Positions 25,426 to 34,175 of a DNA stretch of 50,838 nt are shown here, piece by piece (position 1 is the first letter of the stretch; the number at the start of each line of letters is the position of its first letter). The notes under the pieces were generated by a model. It saw only the letters and a program-made list of their open reading frames with translations. It did no database searches and was not told the DNA's origin. The DNA comes from Minisyncoccota bacterium (GTDB lineage Bacteria > Patescibacteriota > Minisyncoccia > Phycocordibacterales > UBA9973): positions 1 to 50,838 of the forward strand of contig JAYSVN010000023.1 of the NCBI GenBank assembly GCA_043718505.1, read 5' to 3'. The position numbers and the translations under genes are program-made.

Positions 25426-25830
25426 CTATTTTTTCTCGGCGTCGAGGACATCGAGGCTCCAGGAAATGTCTTTAAGCTTCGATTCTGACAATTTTGGCAT
25501 AAAAGCTTCTGCTTGCGGGGTTTTCATGGTTTTCATATTACCTTTTGGCGGCGGTCCTTTATGCCAGACATAGAGTTTTGATCCTACTTGATAATGAAGC
25601 CAGGCCTGCATGACAATAATAAACGGACGGTTGTTGATTTTATAGAAAGCTAACATAAGAGCAAGCACTGCTGCCCCTATACCGAGAGGGACACCAATAA
25701 GCAAAGGCAATGTTTTGAATGATAAGTAAGCAATAAAAGCCCCGCCAAGCATGTAGATGAATTGCTTAAAGGTAAATGGCCCGAAAATCTTATCTTCAAT
25801 ATCAATGAATTGCGGTGTTCGAAACTGCAT
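25426..25830 (-). CDS. PrgI-family / VirB3-like small membrane protein. The start is moved to ATG 25830.
   Basis: MQFRTPQFIDIEDKIFGPFTFKQFIYMLGG... is followed by two TM helices. TACAAT (25837-25842) lies exactly 6 nt upstream of ATG 25830. Confidence 0.65.
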   Translation of the reverse strand: MQFRTPQFIDIEDKIFGPFTFKQFIYMLGGAFIAYLSFKTLPLLIGVPLGIGAAVLALMLAFYKINNRPFIIVMQAWLHYQVGSKLYVWHKGPPPKGNMKTMKTPQAEAFMPKLSESKLKDISWSLDVLDAEKK

Positions 25831-25836
25831 ATCTAT

Positions 25837-25842
25837 ATTGTA
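25837..25842 (-). promoter_or_regulatory. -10 hexamer TACAAT, 6 nt upstream of the PrgI-like ATG
   Basis: The reverse complement reads tacaat atagat ATG. Confidence 0.5.
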
Positions 25843-25862
25843 TACCAAAAGCACTGTTTCTT

Positions 25863-26660
25863 TTATGCTATCGGTTCTCGATACGGATCGCCTGAATCTT
25901 TTCTCGGCGGCTCAACCCTAATTGGTGTCTTGTCCTGGTACTTAGTTTTTTCCGGAGGATTTATTACAGCAGCAGACAACTTGGATTTAATTAAATTTGA
26001 GAATTGTCTCATTTCAGTTTTTGGCGGATGTTCAAGATCAGACAAGACCTCTTTTCGGCTTGGAGCTTCAGCGCTTCCGACATTTGCCTGGTCTTCGTTT
26101 ATTAATACACCGGAATGAATAAGTGTTTGGCGCTCTGCACCGCTCATTGTCGAAGCCATAATTTCCTCAGTAATTGGCGGACGTTCAGCAGTTAGTTCGA
26201 TGCCGGTTTTTTTGAGAATATTTTCCGGGGCCGCTTGTTGTGGAGAGGAAAATTGAGTTGGTATTGTGCTTATTATTGGAGTAGGTGCTGTTGTGGGCGG
26301 TGGCGTTAATACCGGTACAGGCTGTTCCCCTTTTTCTTCTGTCGTCAAAAAATCAATAAGTGCCTGGCGAACATTTTTTAATATATGTTCGTTAATATCA
26401 TTTACAATTTCATCAATTTTTTCTCTCGGTATATGAAGTTCTTGCTTGAGGTTTTTTGGATATTCATCAGGGTGTACAAGCCCAACAAGAACCATAACTG
26501 TTTCCGTCTGGAGAATTCCCATTTCATCAACATGTAGCCCATGCTTTTTACCGATAGCCAAAATTTCTTCACCCCATTTTATGTTGTCGAGTGTTGTTTT
26601 AATATATGGCGGCAATTTACTGAGCCGCTCGTCGATTATTTTTTGAGTTTCGGTGTTCAT
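25863..26660 (-). CDS. Paralog A of a lineage-specific protein, 265 aa: a conserved N-terminal domain of about 110 aa plus a Pro/Thr-rich disordered tail
   Basis: It shares KLP..I....W.....I.K......ET..VL.GL.HPDEY....L.......NE....KN.R....FL..EE with the adjacent gene. Confidence 0.6.
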   Translation of the reverse strand: MNTETQKIIDERLSKLPPYIKTTLDNIKWGEEILAIGKKHGLHVDEMGILQTETVMVLVGLVHPDEYPKNLKQELHIPREKIDEIVNDINEHILKNVRQALIDFLTTEEKGEQPVPVLTPPPTTAPTPIISTIPTQFSSPQQAAPENILKKTGIELTAERPPITEEIMASTMSGAERQTLIHSGVLINEDQANVGSAEAPSRKEVLSDLEHPPKTEMRQFSNLIKSKLSAAVINPPEKTKYQDKTPIRVEPPRKDSGDPYREPIA

Positions 26661-26690
26661 ATGATTTATTATGCGTTTTTTTATTTACGT

Positions 26691-27428
26691 TTATTTTATG
26701 GGCGAAACTGGCGGCTTTGGCGGCGGCAGCGGTGTTAGGCCGGTGGTATTTTGCGCAGGAGCCGGTGTAGGTTTGGTCGCAGGCGTAATTGAAGGTGTCG
26801 CTGAAGGAGTGGCTGGTTTAATAATAGGAGTAATTATCGGTGTAACTAGTGGAGTAACTATCGGTTCGGGTTTTTTGATTTCGATTTTTTTAACTTCAGG
26901 TATTGGTAATGGTTTTGGGGCTACGTTTGGTGTCGGGATTTTATTCGCGGCACGCATTTGAGCAATAATGCTTTCTTTATCCTGAGAAGTTTTAATAGTT
27001 GGAGCAGTATTTACAGGCCCAGTTTCAAGATGCCCCTTTTCAAGAGAAAGCGCCTTCATTTTTAATTTAATAGATTTTGATAAAGGGTTATCATCTTCCT
27101 CTTCAATCGCCAAGAAAGAAATAATTTGGCTGCGAATATTTTTGAAAACCTTCTCGTTCATAGAAAGTGCAATCATCTTAACTTTTTCCTGAGACAGACC
27201 AAGTCCATTGAAAAGTTCTTGCTCATATTCGTCCGGATGTAAAAGTCCTATTAACACAAGCATTGTTTCAATTTTAAGTTTTTCAACTTGGTCAGGATTG
27301 AGGCTGTAGTTTTTTGCTATCTGGGATATTGGTGTCTCCCATTCAATAGTTTTAATCAGGTCACGGATCCCTTTTGGAAGTTTCCTTAATTGAACTCTTA
27401 TTATTTGGTCTGTTGTATTTTCATCCAT
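26691..27428 (-). CDS. Paralog B, 245 aa: the same N-terminal domain plus a (T/I)P-rich tail
   Basis: As above. The tail reads PIVTPLVTPIITPIIKPATPSATPSITPATKPTPAPA. Confidence 0.6.
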   Translation of the reverse strand: MDENTTDQIIRVQLRKLPKGIRDLIKTIEWETPISQIAKNYSLNPDQVEKLKIETMLVLIGLLHPDEYEQELFNGLGLSQEKVKMIALSMNEKVFKNIRSQIISFLAIEEEDDNPLSKSIKLKMKALSLEKGHLETGPVNTAPTIKTSQDKESIIAQMRAANKIPTPNVAPKPLPIPEVKKIEIKKPEPIVTPLVTPIITPIIKPATPSATPSITPATKPTPAPAQNTTGLTPLPPPKPPVSPIK

Positions 27429-27431
27429 ATA

Positions 27432-30233
27432 TTATTTTTCTTCCTTTTCTTCGTCTTTCTTTTCATTTTTCTTTTCTTCCTTTTTCTCATCTCCTCCCCC
27501 TTCTTCCTTTTCCAGATCCTTAAGAATATCCTTAATCTTATCAAGCGGCTTTTCTGATTTTATTTTCTCATTTGTTCTAATTGCGTTAGCTGCTGCTACA
27601 GCATTTTTCTCAGTATACTTATTGCCGACGCCAGCCTCTACTTGATCCGCGTAACTATTTCTTCTTGTCTTGTTTATTTCCTTTATGTCGTTGATATCCC
27701 TATTCTTTTCTGCCGCCTTTAGATTTTCCTTTTCTTTTTCTGTTATCTTCTTTTTAAGTTCAAGTTCTTTTTCAAGGGCCTCAATCTTATTTTTCTCGAT
27801 TAACATTGCGATATCATCAGGCTTATATTTGCCACTCTCTTCCATCTCCTTAACTTTCTTCTGCTGCTCTGCTAATTTCTTACTAGACTCCTTCTGTTCT
27901 TCTGTGGCTTCCTTTGTTTTTTCTTCCTGAGCCTTAACTTTTACCTCTTCATCAGCAAACTTCTTTCCCCACGCCTTAGCCTGTGGAGAATCTTTATCAA
28001 CCTCCAATAGTTTTGCTTTCTCAAGCTCGGCTTTCTTTGTTCTATCCTGCATTCCCTTTGCTCCACCTTTTGTTGTGAAGTAATCTTTTTCATATCCAGC
28101 AATATTTCCGGCAAAATTAGCTGCCTTAGCAAGGCCCTTATTCTTGAAGTCCATTCCGGTGTTCTTAGACGCCCAGTTACCAGCAACGGTATTGCGTGCA
28201 TCGAACGTAGCATTTTTCATTGAATCAGCCAGTTGAACTCGTCTCATTGCTCCCTTATCGCCCTTTGCTGCTGCTTCACGGACTTTTTCACTTGCAATAC
28301 TACCTGCCATTCTGCCAGCCAAATTTCTTCCTGCAATCGCTACACCACCGGTTGCAAGCCCAACCGCGGCTCCGCCGACAAAACTGCCAACCTTACCCAT
28401 TGCAGCTCCAAAGTCCCCTGACATTGACTGAGCAGTTTCTTTGGTTTTAAGAAGAAGAATAGAAATAACGAGGAGTGGCAAAAGAACGCTCATAAACATA
28501 CCGGTTGTCGTTGTTGATGAACCAAGTTGACCCAAGAAATTTGATTTAAGAAATGACAAAATGAGGAAAATCATAAGCATGGCAATTGCCGGCATAACAG
28601 CCATTTCCAAAAGACTCTTTATCCACGAATTAAAGTTCATGTATTTGGCCGCACCCTTACCTGCAATACTAGGCTGCACAGGAAGAGCAAGAGAAAGAAA
28701 TGCCAGCGGTGCAAATATCATAGCCAGCCATATGCCGGCCACACGGGCAATAAAGAGCCAGGCCAGAGAAAAGAAAACAAAGGCAGCGACAAGATTAACG
28801 ACAGCACCAACAAGAGAAAATAGGGCAAAGAAACTAGCATACTGTTCATCGGTCAGACCAACGTTCGTTGTTCCACCACTTGTTGAAATTGATGTTTGCG
28901 GTGTCAGGCCTTTGAAAAGTTTGAGTGGGTTAAATGTAGCCGCAAAACCGTATGAAATACTCTTATAGTTCGAAGAACTACTGGTAATTTGCTGCTGGTT
29001 CTGGGTATTTGTCACTGAAATTTGATTATAGAAAAAGCGCGAGGCGATATTACCGAAATCGACAATAACTTTGGTCATAAAAAGACTAAAGTTAATCGTC
29101 AGTGCCACCAAAATAACCATACCGATAAACCGGTCATTCTTTTTGCCGATAATAGTCGTTATGGCAATAAAAACTAAAATAAAGATAAAGAAAATATTAG
29201 CCAGATCACGCATCACTCTCCAGCCATCAGTCACAAAACTGTGTCCGGAAACCGGGTACGAGTTACTGTCTATTGAATAACCAATTCCCCAGTCCATAAT
29301 TTCACCAGCGAGAGCCATAACAAAAGAAGTCGGCTTGAAAACAATAAAGTAAACAATCTGTCCGACGCAACCCATAACTTTTGATGAAGAGAAAATTCCA
29401 CATTCAGGAAGCTCAGCATCACCATCAGTAACCGTATTACTACTGGTTTGTTGAACACCTTGCTGAATTAGGCTTGCACTTCCAGCAGGAAGGGTTCGAA
29501 AAGCAAAAAGTTTTGAACTGCCGACATCCGGAGACCCGTCTTCTTCGATTCTAATGCGAGCAACATATTCTGTATCAGGTGTTAGGCTGCTTGTCCTGAG
29601 GCTTTGGTTTATAACATTTGAGCGCATTGGGAGATTTCCTGCGGCATCCTTTGTTAGAAATATATAAATAAGAGCAATCCTTTGATTGATAGGGAAACAG
29701 GAATCTGAAACAAAACCATTAATACTACCTGGCGTACTTCCACTATCATCAAGACAAGCAGCCGATAAATCACTCTTTTTCGCATACTCCAACCAGGCTC
29801 CATTACCTGAAACTGGTTTTAGTTCTGATGGATTATACAAGGCTCGCCAAGAACCCAAAATACTATTTGCTTCGGAAGTTGTGGGAACGTTAATTTTACC
29901 GACGTTCAATGCATTTGCTGCTCCTACAAAACCATCAGTATATTCGAATTTTTTTAGAATCCTATTGTCTGCATCATCGCCCTTAGGTTCAGGGGCAGTA
30001 TCAATCGGTTTAACTGTTATATTTAATTGTACTTCAGTGTCTGATACGCCACCCTGTCCTAATCGCAGATTAGTTGATTCTATAAAATGACCAGTGGCAT
30101 TACTCGAGGAGTACCACTCATTCATACTATTACCGATGAGTTGTGCCTCTACTTTATGTGCAACTAAAAACCCCGCCAGTAAAAAAACGGTCAATAAAAT
30201 GCCTTTTCGTATCGCATTGCCCTTCCGGTTCAT
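27432..30233 (-). CDS. Large polytopic membrane protein, 933 aa. It is the VirB6/TrbL-like channel candidate, with a signal peptide, an extracytoplasmic domain of about 300 aa and a Lys/Glu-rich coiled-coil tail of about 250 aa.
   Basis: At least 6 hydrophobic helices lie between about residues 290 and 640. The tail reads KKFADEEVKVKAQEEKTKEATEEQKESSKKLAEQQKKVKEMEE...EKKEEKKNEKKDEEKEEK. Confidence 0.5.
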   Translation of the reverse strand: MNRKGNAIRKGILLTVFLLAGFLVAHKVEAQLIGNSMNEWYSSSNATGHFIESTNLRLGQGGVSDTEVQLNITVKPIDTAPEPKGDDADNRILKKFEYTDGFVGAANALNVGKINVPTTSEANSILGSWRALYNPSELKPVSGNGAWLEYAKKSDLSAACLDDSGSTPGSINGFVSDSCFPINQRIALIYIFLTKDAAGNLPMRSNVINQSLRTSSLTPDTEYVARIRIEEDGSPDVGSSKLFAFRTLPAGSASLIQQGVQQTSSNTVTDGDAELPECGIFSSSKVMGCVGQIVYFIVFKPTSFVMALAGEIMDWGIGYSIDSNSYPVSGHSFVTDGWRVMRDLANIFFIFILVFIAITTIIGKKNDRFIGMVILVALTINFSLFMTKVIVDFGNIASRFFYNQISVTNTQNQQQITSSSSNYKSISYGFAATFNPLKLFKGLTPQTSISTSGGTTNVGLTDEQYASFFALFSLVGAVVNLVAAFVFFSLAWLFIARVAGIWLAMIFAPLAFLSLALPVQPSIAGKGAAKYMNFNSWIKSLLEMAVMPAIAMLMIFLILSFLKSNFLGQLGSSTTTTGMFMSVLLPLLVISILLLKTKETAQSMSGDFGAAMGKVGSFVGGAAVGLATGGVAIAGRNLAGRMAGSIASEKVREAAAKGDKGAMRRVQLADSMKNATFDARNTVAGNWASKNTGMDFKNKGLAKAANFAGNIAGYEKDYFTTKGGAKGMQDRTKKAELEKAKLLEVDKDSPQAKAWGKKFADEEVKVKAQEEKTKEATEEQKESSKKLAEQQKKVKEMEESGKYKPDDIAMLIEKNKIEALEKELELKKKITEKEKENLKAAEKNRDINDIKEINKTRRNSYADQVEAGVGNKYTEKNAVAAANAIRTNEKIKSEKPLDKIKDILKDLEKEEGGGDEKKEEKKNEKKDEEKEEK

Positions 30234-30301
30234 TATTTAGATTTAAGTATACCCCTACCGTATCATTTTAAGAAGATTTATCTGGGGGTTTACTTATTAA
30301 A

Positions 30302-32884
30302 CTAGTAAATAGTAAGGCTATTTTCCAATGTTGAATCGAGGTTGAATTTTACCGTGGGAGAGCCATTTCCTCCCTGTAGTGGAGAAGCACCCCACATATA
30401 GTCCCAGACAAAAATCCAGTCTGGGTGGTTAGCATTTGTATGGTCTCTATCACCGCTTATTTCTACATTAGGTAAGAAAGTCGCATTAGTCTGTGTTCTG
30501 AAAGGAGCGGGGCTAGGCCATCCATGGTCAAGATAGTCTTGGTTGCTTGCATGTAAACCGGCTGGGTACGCACGTCTGGAATATTGTGGGAAAGGAATAG
30601 CAGCGAGGTTGGCATTGCATTCACGGACCAAGCCGCTGTCTTTGTCAGCCATAGCGGTTGTTGTATCTTTGGCGACAGAAATTTCCGCTACAGCTCGGTC
30701 AATATCATCTCCTGTTTTGAGATTTGACACCAAGCTTGAGAAAATTCTGAGTTGTGTCGCGTAGTATCGGTCATAAATAATTTGTTGAGCGGCGGTAGGT
30801 GGCGTCACAGTGTTATTTATATTGTTATCTTGTTGTGAAGCAAGAACATCGCGGTAAATTTTCTCGATTCGCGGAATGATGGTCATAAATACATCAAGGT
30901 CTTCATTAATAGACTCCGCAGCACTATTAAAGACTGAGATTTTCCTGTATTCCTGCTTAAGCAATATATTCAAGATCTGAAGCTCATCGGGCGGGTTGGT
31001 ACCATTGTAGATTTTTTTTATTTTTTCCTTGTAGCCATCATTTGTGCCGTCGACTGAACGAATCATTTGCATGACGCCATTATTAGCGTTCTGAGGTATT
31101 TTCAAGTCATGAGCTGTGTCGTGGTCTGTATCACCATCTGGTCTTGCACGGAAGCCAGTAAAGCTTTTCACAAATTCAAAACCAATTTCTCGACGATCAT
31201 CATTTAGCTGTTCGGCTCCAAAGCTAGATATAAGACCACTTGGATCGAAACTCCCGATAGTATTCAATAATGATTCATTTTCTTTAGCTGCGTCGTACTT
31301 AGCATTCATACCAGCCAGTTTTTCCTGGGCTATCGAAACAGCTGTTTGTTCCCAGTCAGGCCTAGGTCCTGGCACGCAGTAATCAAGTTCATGTAACCAT
31401 CTCTTTGTTTCAGCGAGTGCCTCACTCTCTTCCTCAATTAGTGCTTTGTATTCTTTGAGTACAACCAAGATACCTTGTCTATCAAATCCACCTTTTATAC
31501 ATTCAGGATCGTTTGCATATAGAGAAGGATTTCCAGAATTGATATTACATGCAGGATCAGGATCTACTGCACCCGGCCCGTTAGGTGCTATTGCTGTAAT
31601 AAGGTCAAAATTCTTATTTTGGTTGTACCATTGATCCGCTGCTGCTGGGGTATTACTGCTTGAGCCGACAGCTATTGTATTTGTCGAACTATTGCTGCCG
31701 TAGCCGCCAAGAGTTGATACGTTCGATCCAGCCTGGTTATTGTCGCTACCAGATAGTGAAGCCACACCCTTTGAGAAGAATTGCTTAAGCAGGGCATCAA
31801 AAACAGCAGAAATGCTTTCGTTGATAGTATCAGCAAGTTCAAGTTGGCGTTGGGGTATACCAAGAGAAATATTCATCTGCTGGGAAATCGCAGTTCCAGG
31901 AGTTTGTGTCTGGAATCGTTTGCAGGTGTGCTTGCGAAGCCATTCTACGGCTGCGTCTTCAGCAGGACTAACATCGACTGGTCCGACTGTGTCTGGGTCT
32001 GATGTATTGTTGGCGCTGCCTATTATCGCCATAGCCTCAGCTCTTGTAAACGTTGTGTCGTCACTTTCCGGTTTATAATCATTTGGATCGATACATTTCT
32101 TGAGCGATAGAAATCCGCCTGATTCTTGTAACTCCTTGGTAACGTTATCAATCGGGCTTGCTTCTCTTTTGGCGCTATTTACAGTTGTACCAATTTTGTT
32201 CACACTTTTGATGTATGAATCAAACGGATTCGCATCCGTGATTTGTGTTACAGCCAAGTATCCGTCCCACCCCCCGCCATAAAGAAAGTCATCGGTAAAA
32301 TTATTAAAACGCTCCTCATATGGCATATTCGGATTATTATCATTATTGAGCAAATTACCAGATGAGACTGAAGCATTATAATCAAGCTGGCCTTGAATTG
32401 ATTTGACGATATTTTGAGCAGTCAAGCGGCCAAACGGAAAACGCTTTGGGTCAAAGGCGATTTTGGCGGTAAAGTCTGACACTTGCTCATTGGCAATACT
32501 GGTAAAAAATGATCCTCTGTCTTGGACAAATGTAGGTGAGCCTTGGAATCCGGAGTTAATCCATTCAAGTGAAGACCTGGTAATTTTGGCGAGAACTGCT
32601 TTCGCAGCAGTGTATGCAATAGCATTGAGACATTCAGCAACATTTTGCAGTTTTGCGTCTGCGACCGGTACGTCCTTTGCAGTTACTGTGTTGAGTAGGC
32701 CAGTCAGTGCGCTTGCGCCTTTATTGAGAATGCCGCTACAACCAAGTGCTGTCGATATAATACCGCCGCCATTGTCACTCATAAAATTCTGAGCCTGGGC
32801 TGTTTTTACAAATGTAAATACTGGCGATAGCGCAAGAGAAAGACCAGCGATAGCAAGGAGAATTTTTTTCCCGAAAAGTAACAT
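30302..32884 (-). CDS. Large secreted protein, 860 aa, of unknown function
   Basis: It has a signal peptide ending ...FVKTAQAQ. No catalytic motif was recognised. TATAAT lies 8 nt upstream of the ATG. Confidence 0.6.
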   Translation of the reverse strand: MLLFGKKILLAIAGLSLALSPVFTFVKTAQAQNFMSDNGGGIISTALGCSGILNKGASALTGLLNTVTAKDVPVADAKLQNVAECLNAIAYTAAKAVLAKITRSSLEWINSGFQGSPTFVQDRGSFFTSIANEQVSDFTAKIAFDPKRFPFGRLTAQNIVKSIQGQLDYNASVSSGNLLNNDNNPNMPYEERFNNFTDDFLYGGGWDGYLAVTQITDANPFDSYIKSVNKIGTTVNSAKREASPIDNVTKELQESGGFLSLKKCIDPNDYKPESDDTTFTRAEAMAIIGSANNTSDPDTVGPVDVSPAEDAAVEWLRKHTCKRFQTQTPGTAISQQMNISLGIPQRQLELADTINESISAVFDALLKQFFSKGVASLSGSDNNQAGSNVSTLGGYGSNSSTNTIAVGSSSNTPAAADQWYNQNKNFDLITAIAPNGPGAVDPDPACNINSGNPSLYANDPECIKGGFDRQGILVVLKEYKALIEEESEALAETKRWLHELDYCVPGPRPDWEQTAVSIAQEKLAGMNAKYDAAKENESLLNTIGSFDPSGLISSFGAEQLNDDRREIGFEFVKSFTGFRARPDGDTDHDTAHDLKIPQNANNGVMQMIRSVDGTNDGYKEKIKKIYNGTNPPDELQILNILLKQEYRKISVFNSAAESINEDLDVFMTIIPRIEKIYRDVLASQQDNNINNTVTPPTAAQQIIYDRYYATQLRIFSSLVSNLKTGDDIDRAVAEISVAKDTTTAMADKDSGLVRECNANLAAIPFPQYSRRAYPAGLHASNQDYLDHGWPSPAPFRTQTNATFLPNVEISGDRDHTNANHPDWIFVWDYMWGASPLQGGNGSPTVKFNLDSTLENSLTIY

Positions 32885-32885
32885 G

Positions 32886-33797
32886 TTATCGTATTATACC
32901 ATTAGCTTCAAAATAGCCCGCAAGTGAAGCGACGGCTGCCTCAAGTTTCGGTTCATGTTTTTCAAACTGGGCAACAGCAATAAGACCGACAATAGAATTA
33001 TCGTTTATTTCAGTCATATTTTTGAAAATAAGACTCATATTGTAGCTTTCGTTCAGAAAAGCAATATGACTTGATCGAGCGCCTGGTGGCACTGCCATGG
33101 CAGCAAGTTCTTTGGCAAGCGTGCTGTAGGTTTTCGCAAACATTTGAAAATCGGCTGTTTTTGCCGGCTCCTCGCCAAAAGATAAAGCAATAACTTCTAG
33201 TTCTGTTCCCATGCCGCCCTTTTCCCCTGTGGTAATTGCGGCTTTTATTTTTGAATAGTACACACTCTTGGCTTCTTTGGTATCAGCCGATGTTTTAATG
33301 TCAGCAATCACATAGTGGTTTGGTAAATCAACGTTTTGGCCAATGTCACCACTGAATTTTTGAGCAAGGTTTTCTATATTAAATGTATTGAGTGTACCAG
33401 CCTGGTGAAGAGCAATAATGGTTGTTAGAAATTCCCGGGCAATTTTCTCAGTGTCGTTAAGATTTTCAACTGAAGCAGTACCTTCTCCTCCAGTAGAGTT
33501 ACTAACCTCTGCTCGTTTCTTGGCAATATACTGCTTGTCCGGTTCATTGAATGTTGAAGGATTATTTGAATCTGTCCCCCAAAGCGCTTCTTCCCAGTCA
33601 GGCACACCATCGAAGTCCAAATCTCGCTCAATAATTTCCTTAGGGGTGGTGGTTTCAGTAACAATAAGCGGGTTTTTAATTGATGAATAGGTTTTTGTAT
33701 ACAGGAAAATAAAATAACCTAGGACAATAACCGCAAGACTAACACCTGCGATTTTGGTAAATTTTTTACTTGGTAAATAACGACGCAAAGAATCCAT
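32886..33797 (-). CDS. Membrane-anchored protein, 303 aa, with a thrombospondin-type-3-like Asp motif and an alpha-helical ectodomain
   Basis: The TM segment is IAGVSLAVIVLGYFIFLY. The Asp motif is DLDFDGVPDWEEALWGTDSNNP. Confidence 0.55.
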   Translation of the reverse strand: MDSLRRYLPSKKFTKIAGVSLAVIVLGYFIFLYTKTYSSIKNPLIVTETTTPKEIIERDLDFDGVPDWEEALWGTDSNNPSTFNEPDKQYIAKKRAEVSNSTGGEGTASVENLNDTEKIAREFLTTIIALHQAGTLNTFNIENLAQKFSGDIGQNVDLPNHYVIADIKTSADTKEAKSVYYSKIKAAITTGEKGGMGTELEVIALSFGEEPAKTADFQMFAKTYSTLAKELAAMAVPPGARSSHIAFLNESYNMSLIFKNMTEINDNSIVGLIAVAQFEKHEPKLEAAVASLAGYFEANGIIR

Positions 33798-33798
33798 A

Positions 33799-34161
33799 TT
33801 ATTTCGATTTTCCGAATAATGTTACATTGTAGACGCTTCCAGGGACTCTGTATGGACCCATTTGGTAGTAGCAATTAGAAATGTTCGGCACAGTGTCATA
33901 AAGCCCGAGTACCCAATCCTTGGCTTTTGGTTGTGAGGTGCCGGCTTTATAGAAATAGTAACTTGCAGGTGCTTTACCAACAGATCTTTGGGTTACAGGC
34001 CCAGTTCCACCAGTGCATATAAAGTTTCCTTGAGGGCCAGTTATAAGAATTTGTCCACCAAATGGATTGGTAGTTACTGCGGCCAAAACTTTTTGTGTCT
34101 GTGTTGCGATACCTAAAGAAATAAACGACAGGCAGATGATAGAAAACACTGCATATTTCAT
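33799..34161 (-). CDS. Small secreted protein, 120 aa, the first gene of the T4SS-like train. The start is moved to the second ATG.
   Basis: The signal peptide is MKYAVFSIICLSFISLGIATQ. TATAAT (34168-34173) lies exactly 6 nt upstream of ATG 34161. Confidence 0.55.
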   Translation of the reverse strand: MKYAVFSIICLSFISLGIATQTQKVLAAVTTNPFGGQILITGPQGNFICTGGTGPVTQRSVGKAPASYYFYKAGTSQPKAKDWVLGLYDTVPNISNCYYQMGPYRVPGSVYNVTLFGKSK

Positions 34162-34167
34162 TGCCAT

Positions 34168-34173
34168 ATTATA
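34168..34173 (-). promoter_or_regulatory. Consensus TATAAT -10, placed between the rsmA stop and the first T4SS-train gene
   Basis: The reverse complement reads TAG g t TATAAT atggca ATG. Confidence 0.6.
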
Positions 34174-34175
34174 AC

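Noticed and set aside
27432-27960. Highly repetitive polypyrimidine (ct-rich) DNA, considered as a tandem-repeat or CRISPR-like array
   Set aside because: There is no regular repeat-spacer periodicity. It is the minus-strand coding sequence of the Lys/Glu-rich tail of the 933-aa protein.
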